Below, in pieces: positions 7,178-17,200 of a DNA stretch of 58,161 nt (the stretch's first letter is position 1; each line of letters starts with the position of its first letter). The notes beneath the pieces were generated by a model. It was not told the origin of the DNA. It did no database searches and worked only from the letters and a program-made list of their open reading frames with translations. The position numbers and the translations under genes were made by a program. Source of the DNA: Chloroflexota bacterium (GTDB lineage Bacteria; Chloroflexota; Dehalococcoidia; Lucifugimonadales; Lucifugimonadaceae); assembly GCA_036128515.1 (NCBI GenBank), contig JAYYQG010000031.1, forward strand, positions 1 through 58,161. Direction: 5' to 3'.

Positions 7178-7641
7178 AAATTATTTCTAGGAATATCTTT
7201 ATCAAAAGAATTAATAATAATATTTATTGGCCCATCATTAATTGATTCAACAATCATATTACCTCCGAACTCACCAGTTGAAATATGATTATGATATTTT
7301 GAGATTTCATATATAAATTTATCGTAAGTAATTTTTGCATCTTTTGGGCTCATGGCATTACTAAATTCAGGCCTATTGCCAGTTCTAGTAATTGCATTCA
7401 ATGTGAAATTACTAATTATTAATAATTGTAATTTTAAGGCTGATACTGAAAGATCAAATTTATTTTTTTCGTTAGAAAAAACCCTTAAATTTAATATTTT
7501 TTTTATGATGTAACTTATATCATCATCATTATCTTTATTATGTATTCCTAAATAAACGATTAGGCCCTTATTAATTTCAGACTTAATTGTGTTGTCTATT
7601 TTGACTTGAGCACTTTTAACTTTTTGTATAAGTGCAATCAT
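7174..7641 (-). CDS. dtd: D-aminoacyl-tRNA deacylase
   Basis: MIALIQKV at the N-terminus, SNFTL (the SQFTL motif) and NDGPINIII near the C-terminus. Confidence 0.85.
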   Translation of the reverse strand: MIALIQKVKSAQVKIDNTIKSEINKGLIVYLGIHNKDNDDDISYIIKKILNLRVFSNEKNKFDLSVSALKLQLLIISNFTLNAITRTGNRPEFSNAMSPKDAKITYDKFIYEISKYHNHISTGEFGGNMIVESINDGPINIIINSFDKDIPRNNF

Positions 7642-7644
7642 TTT

Positions 7645-7932
7645 TTACTTGTTCGACTTGCTTTTAGAATCTTTCTTGGATTTTCTTTTATTATCTTTAC
7701 CGTCTTTATTAACTTTATTTTTTTCTTTTTTTGTTGAAGATGACCCTGAATTTCTGTTTGAAGTAGAATACCAGCCAGAACCTTTAAAATGGACCGAAAA
7801 AGCACTAATAAGCCTATCTCCATTTTTCTTGCATTCTGGACAAGATCCAGTTGATTCGTTGAAACCTTGTATTAATTCGTAAATATCAGTTTCACAATTA
7901 GTGTCAGTGCATTTGTATTCGTAAATTGGCAT
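7645..7932 (-). CDS. FmdB-family zinc-ribbon protein with a Lys/Ser-rich tail
   Basis: MPIYEYKCTDTNC...CPECKK (two Cys pairs), the typical FmdB/CxxC_CxxC_SSSS N-terminus. Confidence 0.7.
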   Translation of the reverse strand: MPIYEYKCTDTNCETDIYELIQGFNESTGSCPECKKNGDRLISAFSVHFKGSGWYSTSNRNSGSSSTKKEKNKVNKDGKDNKRKSKKDSKSKSNK

Positions 7933-8039
7933 TATAATAAAATATTTTCTTGATGTGATGATTATAGAAAAAGGATTTTAAAGACTCAATAGTATTTTTT
8001 AAAAAATAAAAAGTTTTTGGAATTTATGTAAAGCTTCTA

Positions 8040-8219
8040 CTAGGTTTCTCTGCTTTTTCTTCTCTTGTTGGCCATCTTTTTTTTCTTTAAAGCACTTGGC
8101 GGCTCAAAAGCTTGCCTTTTCCTTGTTTCAGATAAGATTCCGTTTTGTTGAACTCTTCTATTAAATCTCCTGAGCATGCTATCAAAAGCTTCGCCATCTC
8201 TTTGTTTTACTTGTGTCAT
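8040..8219 (-). CDS. rpsU: 30S ribosomal protein bS21
   Basis: At 59 aa it is below the ORF-track cut-off. My own translation gives MTQVKQRDGEAFDSMLRRFNRRVQQNGILSETRKRQAFEPPSALKKKKMANKRRKSRET. The LRRFxR...E.R.R..(Y/F)E.PS and basic-tail pattern is that of S21. An AGGAG Shine-Dalgarno sequence lies 4 nt upstream of the ATG. Confidence 0.9.
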   Translation of the reverse strand: MTQVKQRDGEAFDSMLRRFNRRVQQNGILSETRKRQAFEPPSALKKKKMANKRRKSRET

Positions 8220-8245
8220 TTGTCTCCTGATTTATTAACGCTGTG

Positions 8246-8274
8246 AGTATACATGTTGACAGCCTTTCATTCAA
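8246..8274 (-). promoter_or_regulatory. Candidate promoter for rpsU, overlapping the gltX stop codon
   Basis: On the minus strand: TTGAAT (8274..8269), a 17-nt spacer, then TATACT (8251..8246). Confidence 0.3.
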
Positions 8275-9740
8275 GAAATTAAATTTAAACAATTATTTAA
8301 TCTGCTATTCGTCTCTTTAATCCCTAAAATTTCAATAGATTCAAATAAAGGAGGTGATACTTCAGACCCTGTAATACAATTTCTAATCAAACTTAAATAA
8401 TCCCTCACTTTTAAATTCATTTCTTTACAATTTTTTCTTAAAAGTTCTTCTATGCTCTGGGTGTCATACTTGTCATTTTCATTTAATGACCTTAAATCAT
8501 TCACAAGTTTTTTAATTAGACTTTCAATCTCATTATTATCAAGATCTGCACACTTAATTAGATCTTTTTTGGGTAATTCATAGTCAAAGAAGAATTTTAT
8601 TAAGGGATATATTTCATTTATAGACTTAATCCTTTCTTTAATTAATGATGAGATTTTCAAGTAATCTTCATCAATATATTTAATATCTTGCATTGAATTT
8701 GCTTCAACTTCCTTTTTAATTATATTTGCCAATTTTTCATCATCCATTTCCCTAATATGAACACCATTTATCCAAGAAAGTTTTTCTGCATCAAATATTG
8801 AAGGGCTTGTGCTTAAACCCTTTATTTCAAACAATTTTGATATATCTTCTGGAGTTAAAAACTCCAAATCATTTCCAGGGGACCAGCCTAAGAGAGCTAA
8901 ATAGTTTAATAATGCGTTTGGCAGCAAACCTTGTTTTTTATATTCAATTATTGAATTTGCTCCGTGCCTTTTACTTAATTTAGATTTATCTTTTCCAAAA
9001 ATTAAAGGTAAGTGAATAAATTCAGGTACTTTCGCATTTATAAAATCATAAATCAATAGGTGCTTGGGTGTGCTAGATATCCATTCTTCACCCCTTAATA
9101 CATGACTTATTTCCATTTTTGAATCGTCTACAACATTTGCTAAATGATATGTTGGCATGCCGTCAGCTTTTAAAATAATAAAATCGTCTATTTTTGAAAG
9201 ATCAAAGATAAGTTTACCTCTTTTTAAGTCATTGAATTCAATACTTCCTGAAATTGGTACCTTTAACCTAACTACAACTGGTTTTCCATCTTTTTTTGAT
9301 TTTTCTAACTCTTCTCTAGGGCGATTCCTTGAAAAACCATTATAGCCAGGAGCTAATCCTCTTGATTTTTGATCATTTCTTATTTTTTCTAACTCTTCTG
9401 ATGATAAATCGCACATATAAGCCTTATCTTCATCAAGAAGTTTATTAACAACTTTTAAATACATCTCTTTTCTCTCTGATTGAAAATATGGACCAAAATC
9501 ACCACCTATTTCAGGCCCTTCATCATAAATTAAATTAAGCCATCTTAGCCCTTCAATGATATTTTCAGTGGAACCAGGAACTAATCTATTCCTATCTGTG
9601 TCTTCAATACGTAAGATAAATTTTCCATCATTTTTCCTAGCAAAAGCCCAATTAAATAAGGCTGTTCTCATTGCGCCAAGATGCGGGTCTCCTGTTGGGC
9701 TCGGTGCAAACCTAACTCTTACATTACTTATTTTGCTCAT
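8271..9740 (-). CDS. gltX: Glutamyl-tRNA synthetase
   Basis: VRVRFAPSPTGDPHLGAMRTALFNW (HIGH region) and KLSKRHG (KMSKS region), in 489 aa. Confidence 0.95.
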   Translation of the reverse strand: MSKISNVRVRFAPSPTGDPHLGAMRTALFNWAFARKNDGKFILRIEDTDRNRLVPGSTENIIEGLRWLNLIYDEGPEIGGDFGPYFQSERKEMYLKVVNKLLDEDKAYMCDLSSEELEKIRNDQKSRGLAPGYNGFSRNRPREELEKSKKDGKPVVVRLKVPISGSIEFNDLKRGKLIFDLSKIDDFIILKADGMPTYHLANVVDDSKMEISHVLRGEEWISSTPKHLLIYDFINAKVPEFIHLPLIFGKDKSKLSKRHGANSIIEYKKQGLLPNALLNYLALLGWSPGNDLEFLTPEDISKLFEIKGLSTSPSIFDAEKLSWINGVHIREMDDEKLANIIKKEVEANSMQDIKYIDEDYLKISSLIKERIKSINEIYPLIKFFFDYELPKKDLIKCADLDNNEIESLIKKLVNDLRSLNENDKYDTQSIEELLRKNCKEMNLKVRDYLSLIRNCITGSEVSPPLFESIEILGIKETNSRLNNCLNLIS

Positions 9741-10636
9741 AATATTTTCTCAATGTTACTAAATTCCTTTGTAAATTCTTCAGGAATATCATCTTTTATG
9801 TCAATATAATTTTTTTTCACAGGATGTAAAAATCTTAATCTAAACGAATGCAATAAAATTCTACTAGATATATTTTTATATTTCTTTGAATATACTTTAT
9901 CACCATACACTGGGTGTCCTACAGAGCTCAAATGCACTCTAATTTGATGGGTTCTGCCTGTTTGGATTCGTACTTTAAGTAAAGATAATTTATTCTCATT
10001 ACAAATTTTTTCATACATTGTGTGAGCTTCTTTTCCAGTGCTAATTAATGCCCTTTTTTTTCTGTCAATAGGATGCCGTCCTATTGGAGCATTTATAATA
10101 CCTTTTTCCTTTGTGTTCCCATTTACTACAGCTAAATATTCCTTTACTACTTCTCTTTTTTTAAACTGATCTTTAAGCGAATTTAAAATTAAATTGTTTT
10201 TTGCAATAACCATTAATCCTGAAGTGCCTTTATCTAATCTATGAACAATTCCCGGCCTAAAATTTTCTCCGACTGTTGAAATTTTTGGGTATAAATTCAA
10301 AAGAATATCTACAATTGTAACCGATTTAGTATTCGGGGACGGATGAACAATTATTCCAGAATCTTTTGAAATAATTAACAAATCATCATCTTCATACTTA
10401 ATTTTTAAATTATACTCAGAGACTAAATTTTTTTTTGGAGTTTGATATTCACGCTCATCAATAATAATTTCGTCTTTATGTGTTAATAAATTTGAAGCTT
10501 TCTTAACCACTATTCCATTAACTTTAACTTTTCCTTGATTTATAAATTGAGTTGCTTTGTTTCTGGTTAAACTTGAATTTGAAGATAAAAACTTATCAAG
10601 CCTAATTTTTTTATCATTTTCATAAGTTATCTTCAT
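9737..10636 (-). CDS. rluD: RluA/RluD-family 23S rRNA pseudouridine synthase with an S4 domain
   Basis: An N-terminal S4-like RLDKFL segment, the catalytic HRLDKGTSGLMV motif and GRTHQIRVHL. Confidence 0.85.
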   Translation of the reverse strand: MKITYENDKKIRLDKFLSSNSSLTRNKATQFINQGKVKVNGIVVKKASNLLTHKDEIIIDEREYQTPKKNLVSEYNLKIKYEDDDLLIISKDSGIIVHPSPNTKSVTIVDILLNLYPKISTVGENFRPGIVHRLDKGTSGLMVIAKNNLILNSLKDQFKKREVVKEYLAVVNGNTKEKGIINAPIGRHPIDRKKRALISTGKEAHTMYEKICNENKLSLLKVRIQTGRTHQIRVHLSSVGHPVYGDKVYSKKYKNISSRILLHSFRLRFLHPVKKNYIDIKDDIPEEFTKEFSNIEKIL

Positions 10637-11099
10637 TTACCTTTTTTTCATTTTTCCAGCTAATAATTATATGAAGTATCAAAAGAAACATACCTACACT
10701 TATGCATGAATCAGCAATATTGAATACGGGCCAAGGCCCAACGTCTATAAAATCTGTTACAGAGCCTAACCTAATTCTGTCAACAATATTTCCAAAGGCC
10801 CCACTGAGCTGCAATGATATTGCTATCTGAAGTAAATTTGATTCTTTAGTATAAAAAATTAGAAAATATGAAATAAAAATAATTGCAAAAATTCCCACTA
10901 TCATTAAAAACAGATTTGCGTCATTTATTATGCTAAAAGCACTTCCAAAATTTCTTACATGAGTAAACCTGAAAAACCCTGACTCGGGTATGGAGTAGCC
11001 AACTTTTAAATTTCTTATCACAACTTCTTTTGTGAATTGATCAATCATAAAAAATATAAATATTAAAAAAGGTATGTAATATTTTCTATATTTCGTCAT
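10620..11099 (-). CDS. lspA: Lipoprotein signal peptidase II
   Basis: Four TM segments, with NFGSAFS and NIVDRIRLGSVTDFI...FNIAD motifs. Confidence 0.9.
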   Translation of the reverse strand: MTKYRKYYIPFLIFIFFMIDQFTKEVVIRNLKVGYSIPESGFFRFTHVRNFGSAFSIINDANLFLMIVGIFAIIFISYFLIFYTKESNLLQIAISLQLSGAFGNIVDRIRLGSVTDFIDVGPWPVFNIADSCISVGMFLLILHIIISWKNEKKVNEDNL

Positions 11100-11186
11100 T
11101 TCTATAATATTATTAACTAAGTTAAGTAAATTGAAATTACTTTTGCTATTTTACATTAAAATATAAAAATTATTTGAGGTTCTAAA

Positions 11187-12215
11187 TTGATTGATTTAAG
11201 AAGTGACACAGTAACTAAACCAAGTGATGCTATGAGGAAAGTCATGTATGATGCTGAAGTTGGTGATGACGTTTATAAAGAAGATCCGTCTGTAAATAAA
11301 CTTCAAGAAATGGCTTCAAAAATAACTGGTAAAGAAGATTCACTTCTTGTTTCTTCTGGGACAATGGGTAATTTAGTGTCTTTACTGACACTTACTAATA
11401 GAGGGGAAGAAATCATTTTAGGTGACAAGTGCCATGTTTATGCATGGGAAGGTTCTGGAGTTTCGATTTTTGGTGGAATAAGTATGAAAATTATAAAAAA
11501 TAATGAAGATGGATCATTTGATCTAAATGAGCTGATAAGCTCTATAAACCCAGTAGATGATCACAAACCAAAAACAACAACAATTAGTATTGAAAATACA
11601 CATAATCAATGTGGAGGGTCACCACTTGAACTTGATTTCTTATCAGAAGTAAAAAAAATAGCTAATAAAAATAATCTTAAAATTCACATGGACGGTGCAA
11701 GATTATTTAATGCGTCTATTGCACAAAATGAAAGTATTGAAAACATTGTAAAAAATGTTGATTCAGTAACATTTTGTTTATCAAAAGGTTTAGCTTGTCC
11801 AGTTGGAAGCATAATATCTGGATCAAAAGACTTTATTGATCAAGCCAGGAGATGGAGAAAATCAATTGGTGGTGGAATGAGGCAGGCCGGAATTATAGCT
11901 TCAGCTGGCGTTTATGCTTTGGAAAATATGGTTGATAGGCTTGAAGAGGACCATTTAAATGCAAAAAGATTAGCCAATGGCTTATCAAATATACCTGAAA
12001 TTAATATTGATAATGAGTATGTTAAGACAAATATTTTAAGATTTGAGCTTTCTGACAATATAAATCAAGATCAATTTACTAGAAATATGAAAAAAGAAGG
12101 TGTTTTATTTAACTCTTCATATGGGGCAATAAGAATGGTAACTAATTACGGTGTTTCATCAAAAGATATTGAAAAAGTTATCGATATCACTTCAAAAGTA
12201 ATTAGTTCATTATAA
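11187..12215 (+). CDS. ltaE: Low-specificity L-threonine aldolase (PLP-dependent)
   Basis: IDLRSDTVTKPSDAMR at the N-terminus, GTMGN and HMDGARLFNA. It has a TTG start preceded by a GAGG Shine-Dalgarno sequence 7 nt upstream. Confidence 0.85.
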   Translation: MIDLRSDTVTKPSDAMRKVMYDAEVGDDVYKEDPSVNKLQEMASKITGKEDSLLVSSGTMGNLVSLLTLTNRGEEIILGDKCHVYAWEGSGVSIFGGISMKIIKNNEDGSFDLNELISSINPVDDHKPKTTTISIENTHNQCGGSPLELDFLSEVKKIANKNNLKIHMDGARLFNASIAQNESIENIVKNVDSVTFCLSKGLACPVGSIISGSKDFIDQARRWRKSIGGGMRQAGIIASAGVYALENMVDRLEEDHLNAKRLANGLSNIPEINIDNEYVKTNILRFELSDNINQDQFTRNMKKEGVLFNSSYGAIRMVTNYGVSSKDIEKVIDITSKVISSL

Positions 12216-12217
12216 AA

Positions 12218-12826
12218 ATGATAGTTATTGGGATAGTTGGATTAATATCTTCTGGAAAAACGACTGTTTGTGAAACAATTTCTCAAAACGGTTTTAAAGT
12301 AATTGATTTAGATATTCTTAGTCATCAGATATATGAATCTGGTTCAAGTGCTTATAAAGAAATTATTAAAACATGGGGCAAGGATGTTCTCGATGATCAA
12401 AAACAAATATCACGTGCTTCTCTTGCTGAAAAAGTATTTGTAAAAGGAAGTAATGAAATTTCGAAATTAGAAAAAATTGTATGGCCACATTTAATTAATA
12501 TACTAGAAGAAAAACTCATAAAATATCACAAAGAAGAAGCAATATTTGTTGAGGGTGCAAAAATATTGAATAGTGACTTTGTAAAATATTGTGACAAAAT
12601 TTGGTGTGTTATTTCTTCTATTGAAAATATAAAAAATAGAATATTTTTAAGTAATCAAGATCATAATAATTTACTTGAAAGACTTAAAAGTCAAATAAAC
12701 GAATATACTTATTTAACGGGAATTGATGAATTCATTGAAAATAATTCTACAAGGCAAGATCTCAATAATAATGTAAAATTACTTTTGGAAAAAACAAGAA
12801 AGGAATACTTTAATGACTCAAAGTAA
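12218..12826 (+). CDS. coaE: Dephospho-CoA kinase
   Basis: The IGIVGLISSGKTTV P-loop sits at the extreme N-terminus, and the size (202 aa) is typical of CoaE. Confidence 0.85.
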   Translation: MIVIGIVGLISSGKTTVCETISQNGFKVIDLDILSHQIYESGSSAYKEIIKTWGKDVLDDQKQISRASLAEKVFVKGSNEISKLEKIVWPHLINILEEKLIKYHKEEAIFVEGAKILNSDFVKYCDKIWCVISSIENIKNRIFLSNQDHNNLLERLKSQINEYTYLTGIDEFIENNSTRQDLNNNVKLLLEKTRKEYFNDSK

Positions 12827-13661
12827 CCAAGACGCAAAAAATTATAAAATTGAAGATTATTCAATTAATGAAGAACCTTTTTACATACCTACATCTGACG
12901 AAATTAAAGTTTTTGAGTCAGCATATAATCAAAAAGTCCCTGTATTACTTAAAGGACCTACTGGAACAGGAAAAACAAGATTTGTTGAGTATATGTCTTG
13001 GTATATTTCTGAAAAAAGAAAAAAATCTGTGCCTTTAGTCACTGTTGCATGTCATGAAGATTTGACTGCAAGCGATCTTGTGGGAAGATATTTAATAGAT
13101 GCATCTGGAACCAAGTGGATTGATGGACCTTTAACAAGAGCTGTTAAGTCTGGAGGAATTTGTTATCTTGATGAAGTTGTTGAGGCAAGAAAAGATACAA
13201 CTGTAATTATTCATCCTTTAACTGACCATAGAAGAATTTTAACAATTGACAAACTTGGTGAGGTTTATGAAGCTGATGACGATTTCTTGATGGTTGTTTC
13301 ATATAATCCGGGCTATCAAAATGCCTTAAAAGATTTAAAGCAGAGCACAAGACAAAGATTTGTTGCTATTGAATTTGAATTCCCTTCCCCAGAACTTGAA
13401 ACAAAGATTATTCAATCTGAATCAGGTGTTGATGAAAAAATATCTGATTCACTTGCTTCACTAGGTGAAAAAATTAGAAATTTAACAGATCATGGTTTAA
13501 CAGAAGCTGCAAGCACAAGAGTTCTAATTTATGCTGGAAAATTAATCAAAGATGGCATAGAACCAAGGCGAGCATGCCAAGTTGCAGTGACTTGGGGCAT
13601 AACTGACGATCAAAAGTTATACAAAAGTATAGAAGAAATCATTACAGCAATTTTTGAATAG
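12813..13661 (+). CDS. CbbQ/NirQ/NorQ/GpvN-family AAA+ ATPase (MoxR class)
   Basis: Walker A LKGPTGTGKT, ACHEDLTASDLVGRY, Walker B ICYLDEVVEARKDTTVIIHPLTDHRR, SYNPGYQ and LKQSTRQRF. This is a near-complete match to the family pattern. It overlaps coaE by 14 nt. Confidence 0.9.
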   Translation: MTQSNQDAKNYKIEDYSINEEPFYIPTSDEIKVFESAYNQKVPVLLKGPTGTGKTRFVEYMSWYISEKRKKSVPLVTVACHEDLTASDLVGRYLIDASGTKWIDGPLTRAVKSGGICYLDEVVEARKDTTVIIHPLTDHRRILTIDKLGEVYEADDDFLMVVSYNPGYQNALKDLKQSTRQRFVAIEFEFPSPELETKIIQSESGVDEKISDSLASLGEKIRNLTDHGLTEAASTRVLIYAGKLIKDGIEPRRACQVAVTWGITDDQKLYKSIEEIITAIFE

Positions 13662-14223
13662 TATTTTGAAAATTGATGATTTAAAAAAAGTTAATTTTGA
13701 AAAAATTGATTTAAATAAATATGAACAGAATGATTTGAAACCATCTTCTGTATTTATTTTAATTTTTGAAACAATTAAAGGTAAGGAAATTTTGTTTTTA
13801 AAAAGATCTAATACTTTAGAATTTCATAAAGGTGAAATATGTTTCCCCGGAGGTTCATTTGATTTGAGTGACAAACACCTATTAAACACTGCCTACAGAG
13901 AAGTTGAAGAAGAAACTGGAATCAAAAAAAACGATATTGAGCTTAAATTTTCTTTAAATGAACATATAACTAGGACAAGATTCTCAATAAAACCATTTGT
14001 TGGAGTAATAAAAAAAGAGGTTAAGATAAATTTAGATAAAAATGAAATTGATAATTATTTCAAGTTACCTTTAAATGAAATTGAAAATGAAAACAATATA
14101 AGAAATTATTGTTTTCTTGAAGATGAAAATAAGTTAACTTACAAGCCTGCTTTTTTTTACAATGGAAATTTGATTTGGGGGGCAACTGCAAATATATTAA
14201 CTGAATTATTAGTAAAAATTTGA
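13654..14223 (+). CDS. Nudix hydrolase, CoA-pyrophosphatase (NudL/Nudt7-like) type
   Basis: The Nudix box is GGSFDLSDKHLLNTAYREVEEETGI. It is preceded by LFLKRSNTLEFHKGEICFPGG, which fits the CoA-type motif LLTxR[SA]x3Rx3Gx3FPGG with one deviation (E in place of R). It overlaps the upstream ATPase gene by 8 nt. Confidence 0.75.
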   Translation: MNSILKIDDLKKVNFEKIDLNKYEQNDLKPSSVFILIFETIKGKEILFLKRSNTLEFHKGEICFPGGSFDLSDKHLLNTAYREVEEETGIKKNDIELKFSLNEHITRTRFSIKPFVGVIKKEVKINLDKNEIDNYFKLPLNEIENENNIRNYCFLEDENKLTYKPAFFYNGNLIWGATANILTELLVKI

Positions 14224-14224
14224 A

Positions 14225-17200
14225 ATGAAAGAATTAATAAAAAAAGAATTAAATAAATTTAGCCTTGAGCCATCATTAATCGATAATTTTATTGAATCTG
14301 TTTCCGAGGGATTGAATCAAAATGGAATTGAAATATGGATAAATACAATTAAATCTTTCTCCAATTCGCAAACTTCAAGGATAATTATAAAAAATATAAT
14401 TGAGGAAACTCCAGCAATTTTGAGGTCAATTCCTCAAAGTCAGTACTTAGAATGGGTCAAGCAGTGCTACAGGATTTCTGAAGTGAGTGAAGATTTATCA
14501 ATAACTTACGTCAATGCAACAACTGGTGTAATTGAAAATTTAAAACCAAGGCATCTTCTTGATTGGGGAAATATTGGTTTAAGCTTATATAGATCATCTA
14601 AAAATTCCACATCTTTAGTGAATAATTTTTTTAAATATTCACCTTCATTATGTTTAAAATTAAATTATGAAGAACTTGAAATATTAAATGATACTTTAAA
14701 GAGAATTTCTACAAGATCAATTAGTTTTTCAATAAAAATACTTGATTGGGTTTTAAAAATATCTTCAATAACTCCAAGTGATCTTACTTCATGGAACAGA
14801 GTCATAAATTTAGTATCAAAAAAATTAATTAAAGATTTCGAAGAAATTTTTACTATACTCGCTGAAAACGCTGATGTAATAAATGAAAATAAAACTTTTT
14901 TAAATTTATTATCGTTGGTAATTGACGATAATCCTCAAATATTAAAACAATTTATTAAAAATTCCATTCAAATATTTAATTCCGAATTTAATAAAGATCG
15001 CTCATACCAAGACCAATTAAAAAAGGTAATCGAAAAAACAAACTGCGAAGAAATTTTATTGTTTTCAAAAAATTATTTGGAAATGAGAAATAAAATATCC
15101 CAAGATAAATTTAAATTATGGTTTGATAATTCAACTGTTCAGAGTAATTCAAATGAAAAAGGCTTTTTCTCTCTTGAGAATCAAAATTCTAAAGATCTTT
15201 TTAATGATTTAACGTTTTCAGTAGATCTTGATATCGAAAGAGAAATTTTGAAATTATATTGTTGCGCTTTAAGTGGTTCTGATTTAGCTGTACAAAGTTC
15301 TTCTGTAATGGTTGATAAAGAAATCGGATGGTTTAATCCTGAGCTGGCAACAACAGAAGGAACAACAATTTTTCTTCCAGAATCAATAAAAAAATTTAAC
15401 AAAAAAGAAAAAAATTTTTCTTGGCTGAAAGTTATAGCAACCCATCAAGTAGGCCATATAGAATTTGGTACATTCCGTTTTAATTTACATAATGAATCTT
15501 GTTATTTTAATAATTTAAGAAACGAAATATATAGTGATTTTGAAAAAAATAATAAAGAAATAACTGATATGACAAACTTTTTTAAGTTTTTTGATGATTC
15601 TAAATTAGCACAAGATATTTTCTCTGTATTTGAAGCATTTAGAGTAGATCAAAAGATAATAAAAAAATATTTAGGAATTAAAAATTCTTTTCTTGAAGTG
15701 CAGAATGAATGCTTAGAAGACAGACCCAAAATATCATCACTTCCCGCTAGAGAGCAATTACTTGAACTGTTGATAAGATTTAGTTTAAATGATCTAAATC
15801 AAAAGGTTGCAAAAAATTTAAAGTCTTCATTTGCAAAATTACTAAACATATTAATTATATTAAAAAGAAATGGTTCAAAAGTTGAAGATACTGCTGAAGC
15901 TACCTTGAGAGCCTATAAAATATTAAAAGAAATCAAAAATTTGCCTGAAGGGGATTTTGATGAGTTTTCATATGACTTAAATCCTGAACAAGATTTTAAT
16001 GATGATGATTTCGAAAGTTTGACTGAATTTTTTAAGTCTCAAGGCGCAGAAATCCTTCCTGAAGAAATCAAAGATTTTCAGGGATCTGAAGAATTTGAAA
16101 ACTCTGAACAGATCGAACAATCTATTAGCCAAGAGGATTATAATTCTCCGCAGGAAGTTGAATTTTGGGGAGAGTTTAAACCTGAACTATCTCAATTACT
16201 TTATGAAATGAGTTCAAGTGAAGCTGAATTTTCTGATGAAGGCGATTTAACAGATTTATCTCAAGAACAACTTGAAGAAATGTTAAAAGATTCTGTTGAG
16301 GAATCTATAAATGATGAAGATGACCAGGTTTCTGAGTCTGACATAACTCAAAATTTAGAGGATGCACTAAATGACATGCAGATGGATAGAAGTGATGATG
16401 ACCAATCAAAATTTGCAGATAAATTTGATCATTTTGACGAAGATGGAAAATCATTAGAGGCAATAGAAGAGAACCAGTACTTATATGATGAATGGGATTT
16501 CAGAGACGAGACTTATAAAAAAAATTGGTGTCTCGTTAATGAAAAAACCATTGGGGAAGGTGATTTAGTTTATTACCAAGAAACACTAGAAAAATATTCT
16601 GATATTGTTAAGGACATAAAAAAGCAATTTGAATTAATTAATCCTGAAACATATAGAAAAATTAAAAGATTGCAAGACGGAGAAGAGCAAGACTTAGATC
16701 TTACTGTTGAGGCAATGATTGATTTAAGATCTGGGATTACACCATCTGAAAAACTTTATTGGCGTAGAAATAAAGTTGAAAGAAGCATAGCTGTTGCATT
16801 CTTATTAGATATGAGTGCTTCTACTGCTGAAGCGATTGATGACTCTACAAGCCAATCAGATGAATGGTCTGCACCAAGTGATCCTGAAAAATATATGGAA
16901 TGGCTTAGAAAAAGAAGGTCACAAGGATTTAGAAGATCCTATAAAAGAATAGTTGACCTTGAAAAAGAAGGGCTAATTTTATTGCTTGATGCACTGGAAA
17001 CATTGGGTGATAAGTATGGAATATTTGGTTTTTCTGGTTATGGTCGAGAAAATGTAGAATATTACACAATTAAAGATCTTGATGAAAAGTTTTCTTCAAC
17101 TATCCCAAAAAGAATAGACAGGATAAGTCCATTGCATGCTACAAGGATGGGTCCTGCTGTAAGACACTGTGCCTCAAAATTAATGCAGACGGATGAAAGA

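Noticed and set aside
12850-13038. Short same-strand or opposite-strand track ORFs nested in annotated genes. Examples are 12850..13038, 5138..5362, 5346..5540, 5537..5722, 7638..7823, 7649..7882, 8798..8983, 9157..9345, 9556..9762, 15181..15402, 18697..19002, 21238..21450, 22101..22304, 26030..26323, 26493..26717, 28928..29119, 31188..31394 and 32503..32799.
   Set aside because: Each is embedded in a gene with clear family motifs in another frame. They are treated as chance ORFs.
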